DNA of 64,000 nucleotides, taken from the NCBI GenBank assembly GCA_041577335.1, contig JBFGJH010000006.1:16498-80497 (forward strand). The letters run 5' to 3'. Numbering within the stretch: the first letter of the stretch is position 1; each line of letters begins with the position of its first letter. The stretch is from Acidimicrobiia bacterium (GTDB taxonomy: Bacteria; Actinomycetota; Acidimicrobiia; Spongiisociales; JAENVV01). A program made the translations under genes and the position numbers. Positions 18,307 through 29,498 of this stretch are shown one piece after another. Below the pieces are notes generated by a model. It ran no database searches. It saw nothing but the letters and a program-made list of their open reading frames with translations, and was not told the origin of the DNA.

Positions 18307-18581
18307 TGGACGTGCGCCGCTACCCGAATCCGTGGATTTTCGTCCCGGCACTTGCCGGCGGCCTGCTGGGAGGGGCTATCGCCTATGCCTTGGCGGCATG
18401 CGACGGGCTCTGTCTCAGCGGTCTCCTGTGGGGCATCGGCATAGGGGTGACGACCGCGCTTGGCTTCGGCACGGTCGCCGTTCTGGCGGACCGGTCACTC
18501 GGAGAGTGGCGGGCAGCAGCCGCCCAAGGCGATCCACCTCCTAGCCCGGGGTGCGAGCGGGGAGACGACGACCAAACCTGA
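18306..18581 (+). CDS. Small two-TM membrane protein
   Basis: Coupled to the upstream gene by TGATG; two hydrophobic helices. Confidence 0.7.
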   Translation: MDVRRYPNPWIFVPALAGGLLGGAIAYALAACDGLCLSGLLWGIGIGVTTALGFGTVAVLADRSLGEWRAAAAQGDPPPSPGCERGDDDQT

Positions 18582-18584
18582 TCT

Positions 18585-19841
18585 TCAGTCGGACGTGTGC
18601 TCGGAGAAGATCAGCGCGACGTTGTGCCCGCCGAACCCGAATGAGTTGCTCATCACCGTGGTCACGGGTGTGTGGCGCGCTTCGTTGGGAACGTAGTCGA
18701 GATCACACTCGGGGTCGGGCGTCTGATAGTTGATCGTTGGAGGCAGAACATTGTTGTTGATGGCGAGAATCGAAAACACTGCTTCCATCGCTCCCGCCCC
18801 GCCGAGCTGGTGACCGGTCATCGACTTCGTCGAAGAGATCGCCACCGCCCGCGCTCTGTCTTCGCCGAAAGCAAGTTTGATGGCGGCGGTCTCGGTGGAA
18901 TCGTTTGCCTGAGTAGACGTACCGTGGGCATTGATGTAATCGATGGAGTCGGGCCCGATACCGGCGTCGTCCATGGCTGCAGTCATGGCCCTGGCAGCGC
19001 CGACGCCGCCCGGCTTGGGCAGGGTGATGTGATAGGCGTCCGCGGACATGCCATAACCGACCACTTCGGCATAGATCTTGGCACCTCGCGCCAGCGCCCG
19101 CTCCCGCTCCTCGAGAATCAACGTTGACCCGCCTTCGCCGAGAACGAAGCCGTCTCGATCGGCATCAAACGGTCGCGAAGCACCCGCCGGGTCATCGTTG
19201 TTCGTGCTGAGGGCCTTCGAGCTGTTGAACGATCCCACTGCGAACTCACAGATCACAGCCTCGCTGCCTCCTGCCACCATCACTTCGGCTGCCCCTCGAC
19301 GGATGATCTCCGTCGCGTCTCCGATGGCGTTCGCCGAGGCGCTGCATGCCGTCACCGTGCAGTTGGTTGGTCCCATCAAATTGAAATGGATCGAGGCCAT
19401 ACCGGCACCCATGTTGGATATCAGCTTGGGAATGGTCAGCGGATTGATCCTGCTGGGACCGCGATCGCGCAACACGTCAACACCCTCGACGAAGGTGAGC
19501 ATGCCACCGATTCCCGCTCCAATGATCACACCGGCGCGACGCGCGGCGGGATCTTCTGGCTCAAACGCGATGCCCGCATCCTCCAGCGCCTGCAGCGTCG
19601 AGACCATGAAGAACTGAGTGAAGCGGTCCATCCGTCGCGTGTCTTTGCGATCGAAGTACGCCTCAGGATCGAAGTCGTTGACCTCGGCAGCTATCTGAGT
19701 CGCCAGGCGACCGGGGTCGAACGAGGCGATCCGGCCGATCCCAGACTTCCCGGCCAAGGCCGCTTCCCACGTTGCATCGACGGTGTGGCCGAGCGGGTTG
19801 ACCGTCCCGAGGCCGGTGACAACAACCCGTCGACGCTGCAC
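18585..19841 (-). CDS. fabF: 3-oxoacyl-ACP synthase II
   Basis: RRVVVTGLG, TACSAS (Cys), INAHGTST, KSMTGHQLGGAG, SNSFGFGGHN. Confidence 0.96.
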   Translation of the reverse strand: MQRRRVVVTGLGTVNPLGHTVDATWEAALAGKSGIGRIASFDPGRLATQIAAEVNDFDPEAYFDRKDTRRMDRFTQFFMVSTLQALEDAGIAFEPEDPAARRAGVIIGAGIGGMLTFVEGVDVLRDRGPSRINPLTIPKLISNMGAGMASIHFNLMGPTNCTVTACSASANAIGDATEIIRRGAAEVMVAGGSEAVICEFAVGSFNSSKALSTNNDDPAGASRPFDADRDGFVLGEGGSTLILEERERALARGAKIYAEVVGYGMSADAYHITLPKPGGVGAARAMTAAMDDAGIGPDSIDYINAHGTSTQANDSTETAAIKLAFGEDRARAVAISSTKSMTGHQLGGAGAMEAVFSILAINNNVLPPTINYQTPDPECDLDYVPNEARHTPVTTVMSNSFGFGGHNVALIFSEHTSD

Positions 19842-20086
19842 TAGCCCGCCAGCTTGCTAGCCACGAGATCGACCGCTTGCCCAACGGTACCGATGTTCTC
19901 GGCTTCCTCGTCAGGGATCTGCACGCCGAACTCGTCTTCGAGCGCCATGAGGAGCTCTACAACGCCGAGTGAATCAACCTCGAGGTCTTCCTCAAACCGG
20001 GCGTCGTTGGTGATCTTGGTTTCGTCGAGGCCCAGCTCAGCCACGAGAAGGCCGTTGAGCCTGCTCTCGATTTCGGATCGTTCCAT
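19841..20086 (-). CDS. acpP: Acyl carrier protein
   Basis: EDLEVDSLGVVELLMALEDEFG with the DSL phosphopantetheine site; ATG 20086 after AGGAAAGGAAA. Confidence 0.95.
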   Translation of the reverse strand: MERSEIESRLNGLLVAELGLDETKITNDARFEEDLEVDSLGVVELLMALEDEFGVQIPDEEAENIGTVGQAVDLVASKLAG

Positions 20087-20114
20087 TTCGTTTCCTTTCC
20101 TCGCTTCTGAGAAT

Positions 20115-20849
20115 TTACAGGGCCAAGCCGCCATCGACGACGAGGACTTGGCCGGTGATATAGGAGGCTGCGTCCGAGGCCAGGAAATCAACCGCCGCGG
20201 CGACCTCTTCGGGTGTGCCCATCCGGCCAACCGCGGCAGACGAAGCGGCCGCGTGCTCCGCCCCCTCTCCGAGGGCGGCGGTCATGTCGGTCGCGATGAA
20301 TCCGGGCGCAACGACGTTGGCGGTGATCCCCCTCGTCCCAACCTCCTTGGCGATCGACTTGGTGAACCCGATGATGCCCGCCTTGGAAGCGGCGTAGTTG
20401 GCCTGACCGGCGTTACCAGCGATACCGGACACGCTGCTGACCGAGATGATTCGGCCCCATTTGCCACGAACCATCGACCGCATCGCCGCCTTGGTGCACA
20501 GGTAGACCGAGCTGAGGTTGGTTTGTAGCACCTCGTTCCACTCGTCTTCGCCCATTCGCATCAGCAGGCCGTCACGAGTGATCCCGGCGTTGTTCACGAG
20601 CACATCGACAGGCCCGAGGGTCTCGGTGACCTGCGCGAAGATCTGTTGGACATCGTCGCCAACGCCAACGTTGCCGGCCAGGGCTATGGCTTCTCCCCCA
20701 CCTGCCTCGATGAGGCCGACCACCTCGTCGGCAGCAGTTCTGTTGGCGGCATAGTTGACACCAACCGCATGGCCCGATTGGGCGAGGGCCAATGAGATCG
20801 CCCTTCCGATTCCTCGCCCCCCTCCGGTGACGAGTGCAACACGACTCAT
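20115..20849 (-). CDS. fabG: 3-oxoacyl-ACP reductase
   Basis: TGGGRGIG, NNAGITRDGL, GQANYAASKAG. Confidence 0.95.
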   Translation of the reverse strand: MSRVALVTGGGRGIGRAISLALAQSGHAVGVNYAANRTAADEVVGLIEAGGGEAIALAGNVGVGDDVQQIFAQVTETLGPVDVLVNNAGITRDGLLMRMGEDEWNEVLQTNLSSVYLCTKAAMRSMVRGKWGRIISVSSVSGIAGNAGQANYAASKAGIIGFTKSIAKEVGTRGITANVVAPGFIATDMTAALGEGAEHAAASSAAVGRMGTPEEVAAAVDFLASDAASYITGQVLVVDGGLAL

Positions 20850-21931
20850 TCGGAGGGTTCCCCCACCCCGAAGAACTCGAAGTTGGATTGCAGGAGCTCG
20901 ACCGCCGAAGCCGAAGATGGCGGGAAGTCGACGTCTGAGATCCGGATCGGCTCGATTCGGTCTCCCCAGGTGAACACGGCCGCGCCCCAGGTGAGGCCGC
21001 CGCCAAAAGCTGCGAAGACCAGGTTGTCACCCGGCTTGATGCGGCCCATCTCGAGAGCCTCGGTGAGGGCAATGGGGATGGTGGCTGCGGATGTGTTGCC
21101 ATAGGCGTGGATGTTGACGAATACCTTGTCGGGATCGAGCTTCACCCTCCGGGCCGTGGCATCGATGATGCGGACGTTGGCCTGATGGGGAACAAGCAGA
21201 TCCACATCCTCGAGTAAAAGGCCCGCTCTGGCGATCACGCGTTCTGACGCATCGCCCATCATCGTGACTGCCCGCCGGAATACTTCGGACCCCTCCATCC
21301 GCACCCCCGCGTAACGCGGATCGGGAGCTTCGACCTTTCCGGCCGTTCCAAGGCCCGGGATGCACAAGAGATCGGCGGCCTCACCATCCATTCCCAATTC
21401 GCTCGACCGCAGGCCGCAGTCCTCGTCGGTTGCCTCGAGTACGACGGCGCCCGCTCCATCACCGAAGAGAACAGCGGTGGAGCGGTCGGTGAAATCCAAG
21501 AAGTAGTGGAGTTTCTCTGCGCCAACCAACAGCACTTTTTGGTTGGTGCCGCCTTTGATCATGTTGTCAGCGACGACCAGCCCGTATATGAACCCAGAGC
21601 AAGCCGCGTTCAGATCGAATGCCGCGGCGTTGGCGGCGCCGATCTTGGCCTGCACCATGGCCGCCGCTGCCGGTATGACCGTGTCCGCTGAACACGTCGC
21701 CAGGATGATGAGGTCGATGTCGTCCGCCTCGAGACCGGCCGCGGCAATGGCTCGAGTGCCGGCGATGGCGGCCATATCAGAGGTTTCCACGTGAGAGATC
21801 CGGCGTTCCTTGATCCCGGTGCGGGTGGTGATCCAGTCGTCGTTGGTGTCGATCAACGACTCGATGTCGTGGTTCGAAAGCACGGCCTTGGGTAGTGCTT
21901 TCCCCCAGCCGGTGATCTTGGCGTTGCGCAT
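20846..21931 (-). CDS. fabH: 3-oxoacyl-ACP synthase III
   Basis: AACSGF, PHQAN and GNTSAATIP catalytic triad. Confidence 0.95.
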   Translation of the reverse strand: MRNAKITGWGKALPKAVLSNHDIESLIDTNDDWITTRTGIKERRISHVETSDMAAIAGTRAIAAAGLEADDIDLIILATCSADTVIPAAAAMVQAKIGAANAAAFDLNAACSGFIYGLVVADNMIKGGTNQKVLLVGAEKLHYFLDFTDRSTAVLFGDGAGAVVLEATDEDCGLRSSELGMDGEAADLLCIPGLGTAGKVEAPDPRYAGVRMEGSEVFRRAVTMMGDASERVIARAGLLLEDVDLLVPHQANVRIIDATARRVKLDPDKVFVNIHAYGNTSAATIPIALTEALEMGRIKPGDNLVFAAFGGGLTWGAAVFTWGDRIEPIRISDVDFPPSSASAVELLQSNFEFFGVGEPSE

Positions 21932-22896
21932 CAGGTCTCCTCTACTCCGGGCATAGTACCGAGCCGGAGGAGTTCATCCACAGCATCCGCGATCCCCGCC
22001 TTCTCGTTGACCACGACGGCCGTGGCGTCTTTCACGGTCCGCCGCACCAATCCGGCCGTTACGTCGCCGGGCCCCACATGGACAAACGTCGTCACGCCCG
22101 ATGCGAACAGGCCGGCGAGCGTCTCTTCGAATCGCACGGGCGACACGATCTGACGCGACAGCATGTCCCTGATATCGGAGGCGGTCAGAGGCGCGGCGCT
22201 GACATTGCTCCAAACGGCCGGCTCCGGATTTCCGATCTCGGCCGTCTCGAGGGCAGCCACCAGCCGGTTTCGGGCGGGTTCCATGAATGGTGTATGAAAC
22301 GCGCCTGCCACGGCGAGCGGAATGACCCTCCGTATGCCGAAGGAACGAGCTTCTTCGGCTGCCCATTCGAGGTCGTCGGCGCCACCTGCCACCACCACCT
22401 GGCCGGGAGAATTCATATTGGCCACCCATAGGCTCCCCCCAGCGTCTCGGCGGGCTGAACACAGGTCTTCAGCCGACTCCCGAGTTCCCCCCATGAGAGC
22501 AGCCATTCCGGAGTCGGCCGCGTCGGCGGCTTGTGCCATGGCCTCCCCGCGCTCCGCGACGAGGCGCAGTCCGCCCTCGGGCGACAGTGCCCCGGCGGCC
22601 GCCAGAGCGCTGTACTCCCCGAGTGAGTGCCCGGCCATGGCCACCGGCCGCAGATCGGCTTCGCGCAAAGCCCCGGCAAATAGTTGCCAGAGAGCCACGG
22701 AGAGGCTGTACAAAGCAGGTTGAGCATGTTCGGTTCGAGTCAGAGAATCCTCGGGCCCGTTGAGGCATAGGTCGGCCAAGTCCCATCCGAGTGCGGCGCT
22801 GGCGGGCTCGCCAAGCCAGTCAGGTCCGTCGTCGAAGAGGTCGGCACCCATTCCGACGAATTGGGCTCCTTGACCAGGAAACAGCACAGCGAACAT
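21931..22896 (-). CDS. fabD: Malonyl-CoA:ACP transacylase
   Basis: FPGQGAQ, AQPAL, GHSLGEYSAL, GAFHTP. Start reassigned to ATG 22896. Confidence 0.95.
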   Translation of the reverse strand: MFAVLFPGQGAQFVGMGADLFDDGPDWLGEPASAALGWDLADLCLNGPEDSLTRTEHAQPALYSLSVALWQLFAGALREADLRPVAMAGHSLGEYSALAAAGALSPEGGLRLVAERGEAMAQAADAADSGMAALMGGTRESAEDLCSARRDAGGSLWVANMNSPGQVVVAGGADDLEWAAEEARSFGIRRVIPLAVAGAFHTPFMEPARNRLVAALETAEIGNPEPAVWSNVSAAPLTASDIRDMLSRQIVSPVRFEETLAGLFASGVTTFVHVGPGDVTAGLVRRTVKDATAVVVNEKAGIADAVDELLRLGTMPGVEET

Positions 22897-22927
22897 CAGG
22901 GGTTGGACCTCCGTCGGTGACTCACGG

Positions 22928-23971
22928 TTACGACGCGCCGAGCACAGCGTCCAAAGCGTCGACGACCCGATCAACGTCCTGATCGTCGACATCGCGATGA
23001 GTGACGAACCGGAGCACGTCGTCACTGATCGCGAACATATTCACCCGGCGGACAGCCATCTCGTGGAGGAAGCGCTCAGCCCCGCCCGGAAGTGGGCCGG
23101 CGTCCATCAACACCATGTTGGTGGCGACTTCTTGCTCATCGACCGTCCCGGGGGCACGCGCCTCGATCTCTTTGGCGAGCCGGCGGGCCAACTCGTGATC
23201 ACGAGCGAGATCGTGCCGATGTTCCAGCGCGAGCAGCGCAGGCGCCGCCATGATGCCTGCTTGACGCATGCCACCGCCGAGTCGCTTGCGCACTGCCAAA
23301 GCCCTGTCGACGAGCTGACGCGAGCCGGCGATGATCGATCCGACGGGCGCACCGAGACCCTTGGAGAGGCAAAATTGCACGGTGTCCACCCGTGCCGTGT
23401 AATCGCGCACATCGACGCCCGCGGCGACTGCCGCGTTGAAAATGCGGGCCCCGTCCAGGTGGATCGCCCAGCCGCGATCCCGTGCCGCCTGCGAGGTTGC
23501 CCCGAAGATGTCGAGCGGAACGACGGTCCCGCCTGAGAGGTTGTGGGTGTTCTCCCACATGAGCAGCGTTGGTCGAGGCAGGTGCGGATCGCCCTCGCCA
23601 ACCGCTGCCACCTGATCGGGACGAATCACACCGTCGGCGCTGGCGACCGGCAGCAGCTGGGCTCCCGAGTTGGCAGCAGCTCCACCGCCCTCGTAGTAGC
23701 GGACGTGTGCCTTCTCCACACACACCACGCCATCCCCAGGGCGCGTGTGCAGGGCAATCCCGATTTGGTTGCCCATCGTCCCGGACGGCAGGAAGAGGGC
23801 AGCTTCGTGACCGACGGTCTCGGCGCAGCGCTCCTGCAGCTCGTTGACGGTGGGGTCTTCTCCGTACACATCATCGCCAACCTCCGCCGTGGCCATGGCC
23901 TCCCGCATGGCGGCTGTTGGCCGCGTCACGGTATCGGAGCGAAAGTCGGCAACGCCGTCTGGAAAGGCCAT
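22928..23971 (-). CDS. ltaE: Low-specificity L-threonine aldolase
   Basis: [44 protein letters not shown]. Confidence 0.92.
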   Translation of the reverse strand: MAFPDGVADFRSDTVTRPTAAMREAMATAEVGDDVYGEDPTVNELQERCAETVGHEAALFLPSGTMGNQIGIALHTRPGDGVVCVEKAHVRYYEGGGAAANSGAQLLPVASADGVIRPDQVAAVGEGDPHLPRPTLLMWENTHNLSGGTVVPLDIFGATSQAARDRGWAIHLDGARIFNAAVAAGVDVRDYTARVDTVQFCLSKGLGAPVGSIIAGSRQLVDRALAVRKRLGGGMRQAGIMAAPALLALEHRHDLARDHELARRLAKEIEARAPGTVDEQEVATNMVLMDAGPLPGGAERFLHEMAVRRVNMFAISDDVLRFVTHRDVDDQDVDRVVDALDAVLGAS

Positions 23972-24036
23972 CGCGCGACGATACCCGATTCTGTTGTGGC
24001 TACGATTGCCGCTCGCAATCCAGGAAGACATATCTC

Positions 24037-26178
24037 ATGCGTGTGAAGGTACCGGTCCTCACCACCACTGAGCTAACCATCCCCGACCGTTTCAGCCGCC
24101 TGTATGACTTGGCATACAACCTGTGGTGGAGCTGGGACGACGTAGCCACCGATCTCTGGCGCTCGGTGTCGCCCATCCTGTGGGAGCAATACCGCAACCC
24201 CATCGAACTCCTGAGCGCCGTCGATCAGGCGTCCTGGGACTTGCTGGCGGATTCCGAGGCGTTCGTGGACCGCTACGCCGATGCGGTCGCACGTTTCGAT
24301 GCGTATATGCAATCCGACGACACCTGGTACGACCGCCACCACGCCGACAATCCCGGCACGATTGCCTACCTGTGCGCCGAATACGGCGTTCACTCGTCGA
24401 TGCCCATCTACTCGGGAGGCCTCGGGGTTCTCGCAGGGGACCATGCCAAGTCTGCATCTGACCTCGGTCTTCCCTTCGTCGGCACGGGCCTCATGTACCG
24501 GCGCGGCTATTTTCGTCAAACAATCGAAGCCGAAGGGTCGCAACAGCATCAGTATCCGATCCTCGACCTTTCCCGGTTGCCGGTACGTCCGGTTGCCAGC
24601 AAGACCGGGGGCCATTTGCGAGTCCCCATCGAATTCCCGGGCCGCACCGTGTGGGCGGCGGCGTGGTCGATGCAGGTCGGTCGTGTTCAGGTCCTCCTTC
24701 TCGATACCGACATCACCGAGAACCAGGCGTCCGACCGGCCCATCACGAACCTGCTGTACGTCCGGGGCCGAGAGATGCGCTTCTGCCAAGAGCTCGTGTT
24801 GGGGATCGGATCAGTGCGGGTGTTCCGTGCTCTCGATATCGAGCCGGAAGTGTGGCACCTCAACGAAGGTCATGCCGCAATGGCCCAGCTGGAGCGCCTC
24901 GCCACCGAGGTCGCCGCCGGGCGAACGCTCGCTCAAGCCGAGACGAGAGTGAAGTCCAGCACCGTTTTCACGCTCCACACCCCGGTTCCTGCCGGCAACG
25001 AGCGGTTCGACTTCCAACTCGCCGAGAAGTACCTGGGCTCGTGGCCGCTGTCGGTCGGTGCCGATCTCGCCTACCTGAATCACCTCGGGACGTCTCGAGC
25101 CGGCGAAACCGGCACCTTCGACATGGGTGCGCTGGCGATCAGGCTGGCGACGGTCGTAAACGGTGTCTCCCGGCGCCACGGGCACGTGGCCGCCGAGACA
25201 TGGGCGGAGCTTCTCTCTCAGCCGGCGATTGGCATCACCAACGGAGTGCATGCCCCCAGCTGGATGAGCCGCCCGATCGCCAGACTCGTGACCGATGCGA
25301 TCGGGAGCAACTGGCCGATCGCCCTCGTCGAGGACCCTGCCCTCACCGACCGCCTTCGCGACCTTCCTGATCGCGAGGTGTGGCAGGCTCACCAGAGCCG
25401 CAAGGACATTCTCTCCCATTTTGCTCGCGGCCGCCTGCGCTCCCAACTGGCTCGCCACGGAGCGTCACCGGATCACCTCCGTGCCGTGGACCGGATGTTC
25501 CCCTCCGATCGGCTCACCATCGGGTTCGCTCGGAGGTTTGCCACCTACAAGCGGGCCAACCTCCTATTCCACAATGTGCCGTGGCTACAGGCAATCCTGA
25601 CGAATCCAGATCGACCTGTTCAGCTCGTGTTCGCCGGCAAAGCCCATCCCGCCGACGCGCAAGGGCAAGGTCTCATCCGCCAGATCCACGAGCTGGCTGC
25701 CATGCCGGAACTCAGCGGCCACGTTTATATGCTGGAGGACTATGACATGCGGATGGGCCGCTTCCTCGTTCAAGGCGTCGACGTCTGGCTGAATAACCCG
25801 CGCCCACCCCAGGAAGCATCCGGCACGTCCGGCATGAAGGCGGCGATCAACGGCGTACTCAATCTGTCGGTGCTGGACGGCTGGTGGGCAGAAGCTCACA
25901 CCGGCAAGAACGGATGGACCTTTGGATACGACCACGACATCGGCGACCAACACCGCCAGGACAACGAGGATGCCGTTGGTCTGTATCACGTCCTTCAGAA
26001 CGAAATCGTTCCCTTGTTTTACGACCGGGATGACAACGACATCCCCGTCGGATGGGTACAGTGGATGAAAGAGTCCTTGGCTTCGTGCGGCGCGGCCTTC
26101 TCAGCGCACCGGATGGCAAAGGACTACACCGAGCAGGCCTACCTCGCGGTAGCAGCGAGATCTCGACGGAACCGGTGA
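24037..26178 (+). CDS. glgP: Alpha-glucan (glycogen) phosphorylase
   Basis: YSGGLGVLAGD, NEGHAA, FARRFATYKR, EASGTSGMK PLP site. Confidence 0.95.
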   Translation: MRVKVPVLTTTELTIPDRFSRLYDLAYNLWWSWDDVATDLWRSVSPILWEQYRNPIELLSAVDQASWDLLADSEAFVDRYADAVARFDAYMQSDDTWYDRHHADNPGTIAYLCAEYGVHSSMPIYSGGLGVLAGDHAKSASDLGLPFVGTGLMYRRGYFRQTIEAEGSQQHQYPILDLSRLPVRPVASKTGGHLRVPIEFPGRTVWAAAWSMQVGRVQVLLLDTDITENQASDRPITNLLYVRGREMRFCQELVLGIGSVRVFRALDIEPEVWHLNEGHAAMAQLERLATEVAAGRTLAQAETRVKSSTVFTLHTPVPAGNERFDFQLAEKYLGSWPLSVGADLAYLNHLGTSRAGETGTFDMGALAIRLATVVNGVSRRHGHVAAETWAELLSQPAIGITNGVHAPSWMSRPIARLVTDAIGSNWPIALVEDPALTDRLRDLPDREVWQAHQSRKDILSHFARGRLRSQLARHGASPDHLRAVDRMFPSDRLTIGFARRFATYKRANLLFHNVPWLQAILTNPDRPVQLVFAGKAHPADAQGQGLIRQIHELAAMPELSGHVYMLEDYDMRMGRFLVQGVDVWLNNPRPPQEASGTSGMKAAINGVLNLSVLDGWWAEAHTGKNGWTFGYDHDIGDQHRQDNEDAVGLYHVLQNEIVPLFYDRDDNDIPVGWVQWMKESLASCGAAFSAHRMAKDYTEQAYLAVAARSRRNR

Positions 26179-26228
26179 CCCGGCTCGGGTGTTTAGCAAG
26201 TGACCGAGACAAAAAGGGAGGTAGTCAC

Positions 26229-26786
26229 ATGACTACATGCACGAGTTGTGCCACCGAATTCGAGAGCGAACTGGCGAGTTGCCCGGAATGCGGCACGCCC
26301 GCTCCGGTGGACATGGGTTCCGCAGATCCGTTCCAGGCGCCCGCCGCCGAGCCGGCAGCCGGGGCATCGGCAGCCGAAGCTGCGAGCGAGCCGGCCCCCG
26401 CCCCACCAACACCCGCCGACGTGGCAATACCCGACGCCACGCCAATGGCAGGACCGACCGCCGAAGAAAAGAACCTGGCGATGTTGTCGCACGCGTCGGC
26501 AGCATCGGCGCTCATCGGTTTGCCGGTGGTTGGCCCGCTCGTCATGTGGCTCACCCAAAAGGACAAAGGCGGATTCGTGGAAGAGAACGCCCGCGAGGCG
26601 CTCAACATGAATATCAGCTTCCTCATCTGGACGATCGTGGCCAGCATCTCGGTCGTTGTCCTCATCGGCTTTTTGCTGTTGCCGATCGTGTCAATCGCAT
26701 GGATCGTCCTGGTGATCATCGGCGCCATCAAGGCTGCCGACGGCGAGACATACAAGTACCCGCTGACCCTCCGTCTCATCAAGTAA
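26229..26786 (+). CDS. Zinc-ribbon plus DUF4870 membrane protein
   Basis: CTSC...CPEC, Pro/Ala linker, then HAS...GPLVMWL...AREALN...YKYP (DUF4870-like); GGAGG SD. Confidence 0.8.
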   Translation: MTTCTSCATEFESELASCPECGTPAPVDMGSADPFQAPAAEPAAGASAAEAASEPAPAPPTPADVAIPDATPMAGPTAEEKNLAMLSHASAASALIGLPVVGPLVMWLTQKDKGGFVEENAREALNMNISFLIWTIVASISVVVLIGFLLLPIVSIAWIVLVIIGAIKAADGETYKYPLTLRLIK

Positions 26787-26789
26787 CTC

Positions 26790-26816
26790 GTAAGGCGGGC
26801 CCTCGGCCCGCCTTAC
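26790..26816. terminator. Bidirectional terminator-like hairpin
   Basis: GTAAGGCGGGCC-CTC-GGCCCGCCTTAC, a perfect 12-bp stem between convergent genes. Confidence 0.75.
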
Positions 26817-26865
26817 TCGTCATGGCTGATGAGACGGCGATAGCGGAGGATCGCTCCGCCGAGCC

Positions 26866-28038
26866 TCACAATCGCGTCAGGGCCTGACGGATTCCCCGCA
26901 CGGCTTGGCCGATGCGGTGCTCGTTCTCGACGAGGGCGAAGCGCACGTGTCCTTCGCCGGTCGGCCCAAACCCGATCCCGGGAGATACCGCCACCTTTGC
27001 CTCGCGGAGCAGGAACTTCGTGAATTCGAGTGATCCCATCTCGGCATAGGGGCCCGGCACTTCCGCCCACACGAACATGGTTGCCGCCGGTTTCTCCACT
27101 TTCCATCCCACCCGGTGCAGCCCGTCGGTGAGGACATCACGGCGCTTTTCGTAGACGGCGTTGGCTTCGAGGACGCTCTCGTCTCCCTCGTTGAGGGCGA
27201 TGATCGATGCGATTTGGATCGGTTGGAATGTGCCGTAGTCGAGGTACGACTTGAGTTTGGCGAGCGCTCCGACGACCTCGGCGTTGCCCACCACAAAACC
27301 AACCCGCCATCCCGCCATGCTGTGGCTCTTCGTGAGGGAATAGAGCTCCACCCCGATTTCTTTGGCGCCGTCGACCTCGAGCAGGCTGGGAGGCTGGTAG
27401 CCGTCGAACGCTACGTCGGCGTACGCGAAGTCATGCACGAGGAACGCCTGTCGCTGACGTGCAAAATCGACGAGACGCTCGAAGAAGCTGATGTCGACGA
27501 CCTTGGTGGTCGGATTGTGCGGAAAGGACGTGACGATCACCCGGGGGCGGGGCCACGAATCGAGAAAAGCCTGGCGAAGTGATTCAAAGAAGTCGTCGTC
27601 GGCGCCGACGGGTACCTTGCGAACCTCAGCCCCGGCCAACAAAGGGGCGTAGATGTGGATCGGATAGGAAGGCTCCGGGACCAGCGCAACATCACCAGGC
27701 TGCACCAGGGCCCACATGAGGTGGGAGAGCCCTTCTTTGGCGCCGATCGTGCTGATGACCTCGGTCTCGGGATCGAGCTCGACGCCGAATCGGCGCTGGT
27801 AGCGGTCGGCGGCTGCTTTACGAAGATTGGGAATACCCCGTGACTGCGAATATCGATGGTTCTTGGGAGCCCGCGCTGCCTCGATGAGCTTGTCGACGAC
27901 AAACGGTGGTGTCGCCAGATCCGGATTGCCAAAACCGAGATCGATGATGTCTTCGCCGGACCGCCGCGCCGCGAGCTTGAGCTGATTCACCTCGGCAAAC
28001 ACATAGGGCGGAAGGTTGCCGATACGTCTGAATTCCAT
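26866..28038 (-). CDS. Class I/II PLP aminotransferase (AlaC/YfdZ-like)
   Basis: [41 protein letters not shown]. Confidence 0.88.
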   Translation of the reverse strand: MEFRRIGNLPPYVFAEVNQLKLAARRSGEDIIDLGFGNPDLATPPFVVDKLIEAARAPKNHRYSQSRGIPNLRKAAADRYQRRFGVELDPETEVISTIGAKEGLSHLMWALVQPGDVALVPEPSYPIHIYAPLLAGAEVRKVPVGADDDFFESLRQAFLDSWPRPRVIVTSFPHNPTTKVVDISFFERLVDFARQRQAFLVHDFAYADVAFDGYQPPSLLEVDGAKEIGVELYSLTKSHSMAGWRVGFVVGNAEVVGALAKLKSYLDYGTFQPIQIASIIALNEGDESVLEANAVYEKRRDVLTDGLHRVGWKVEKPAATMFVWAEVPGPYAEMGSLEFTKFLLREAKVAVSPGIGFGPTGEGHVRFALVENEHRIGQAVRGIRQALTRL

Positions 28039-28117
28039 TGCTCAGATTGTAACGGGCATACCGTCGGCGTCCGGCCTCACGATTCGGGCGCGCCGCCGTC
28101 GGTTGGGGCGGCTTCGC

Positions 28118-28534
28118 TCAGATGCGGTCGAGCAACGAGCGGAGGCGCTTGGGCACCAGGGTCGCGCCCACGTCCGACGCTCCCTGAATGAGATTGAGCA
28201 CGTTCGGTGAGCCGTCCCAATGCTCGTCGAGCACATCGGGACCGGCGGTGCGCAGCACCCGATTGATTGCGTAGATGATGAGCAGCGCATCGTCGATCTG
28301 TCCCACGCCGGGAATCACATCGGGCAAGAAATCGATAGGGAACAGCACATAGGCGAGCGACGAGAACATCAGAATTCGCGAGCCGGTAGGCACCCGGCTG
28401 TCTTGGCCAAGGCGCCAGAGGAGCTTCACGAAATTGGGAATGGCGGTGATGGTGTCACGCACGATGCTCGTCGAGCCATCGAGAGGCTTCCCATCCGGGC
28501 CGTAGACCCCATCGGGGCGAATGGCCTCACTCAT
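28118..28534 (-). CDS. YkvA/DUF1232 family membrane protein
   Basis: AYVLFPIDFLPDVIPGVGQIDD motif. Confidence 0.88.
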   Translation of the reverse strand: MSEAIRPDGVYGPDGKPLDGSTSIVRDTITAIPNFVKLLWRLGQDSRVPTGSRILMFSSLAYVLFPIDFLPDVIPGVGQIDDALLIIYAINRVLRTAGPDVLDEHWDGSPNVLNLIQGASDVGATLVPKRLRSLLDRI

Positions 28535-29498
28535 CGATCGTCTCCTTTGCGGCGATCGCCGCTCCGATGAGACCGGCGTTCGCTCCTAGCGTCGCCCCCA
28601 CAATAGGGGTTTCCGGCCTGTGTGCGGCTCCCTCGATACTGGCCGTCGCTGCCGCCCGCGCCGGGTCCAAGAGGATATCTCCGGCACGCGAGACGCCGCC
28701 GCCGATCACAATGACTTCGGGTGCGAGCGTTACCACCAGGTTGGCGATGCCAATGCCGAGCCAATCTGCCATTTCCCTGATTGCGGCAATGGCCGATTCA
28801 TCGCCGGCGATGGCCGCCTCGGTGAGGTGGGTTCCGTCCGGGACGCCACCGGAGGCCAGTCTGCCTACTTCTCCATCGGGTTGGCGGGCTGCGATATCGC
28901 GGGCGAGCTGATCGAGGCGGCGGCCCGACGCAAACGTCTCCCAACAGCCACGCTGGCCGCACGTGCATTGCGGCCCTCCGACATCCACAATGATGTGCCC
29001 GATCTCGCCGGCGAATCCGCTCCCGCGGAATACGTCTCCGTCGATGATGATGCCGCCGCCGATGCCAGTGCCCAGCGTGATCATGATCGAGTGCCGATAG
29101 CCCTGGGCCGCTCCCAGCCGTGCTTCCCCGAGGGCAGCGAAATTGGCGTCATTGTCCACGGTCACAGGAAGTCCGAATCGCTCCCACATGAGGTCCCGAT
29201 ACGGCACCTTCTCGCCGACGACATTGGGGCCCCACACCAACACACCCTCGTCGGTCACGAATCCGGCAACTCCCAGGCCCACTGCCCCGACATCGTCGGC
29301 CATGAGTTGACTGGCCAGAGCGATGGGCGCATGGGCCATGGCACTCGGGTCCTGTGGCCGTGGGACGGTTCTCTGTTCGAGTATGCGACCGTCGGCCGAC
29401 ACTCGTCCGGCCGTCATCTTCGTGCCTCCGAGGTCGATGCCGATGGTGGTTCGCAGCGCGGGGAGAGTCGTGGCGCCGGGAGCTGTGGCCGCCATCAC
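28527..29498 (-). CDS. glk: ROK family glucokinase
   Basis: IGIDLGGTK, VDNDANFAALGE, GTGIGGG, GEIGH, CTCGQRGCWE. Confidence 0.85.
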   Translation of the reverse strand: MMAATAPGATTLPALRTTIGIDLGGTKMTAGRVSADGRILEQRTVPRPQDPSAMAHAPIALASQLMADDVGAVGLGVAGFVTDEGVLVWGPNVVGEKVPYRDLMWERFGLPVTVDNDANFAALGEARLGAAQGYRHSIMITLGTGIGGGIIIDGDVFRGSGFAGEIGHIIVDVGGPQCTCGQRGCWETFASGRRLDQLARDIAARQPDGEVGRLASGGVPDGTHLTEAAIAGDESAIAAIREMADWLGIGIANLVVTLAPEVIVIGGGVSRAGDILLDPARAAATASIEGAAHRPETPIVGATLGANAGLIGAAIAAKETIDE

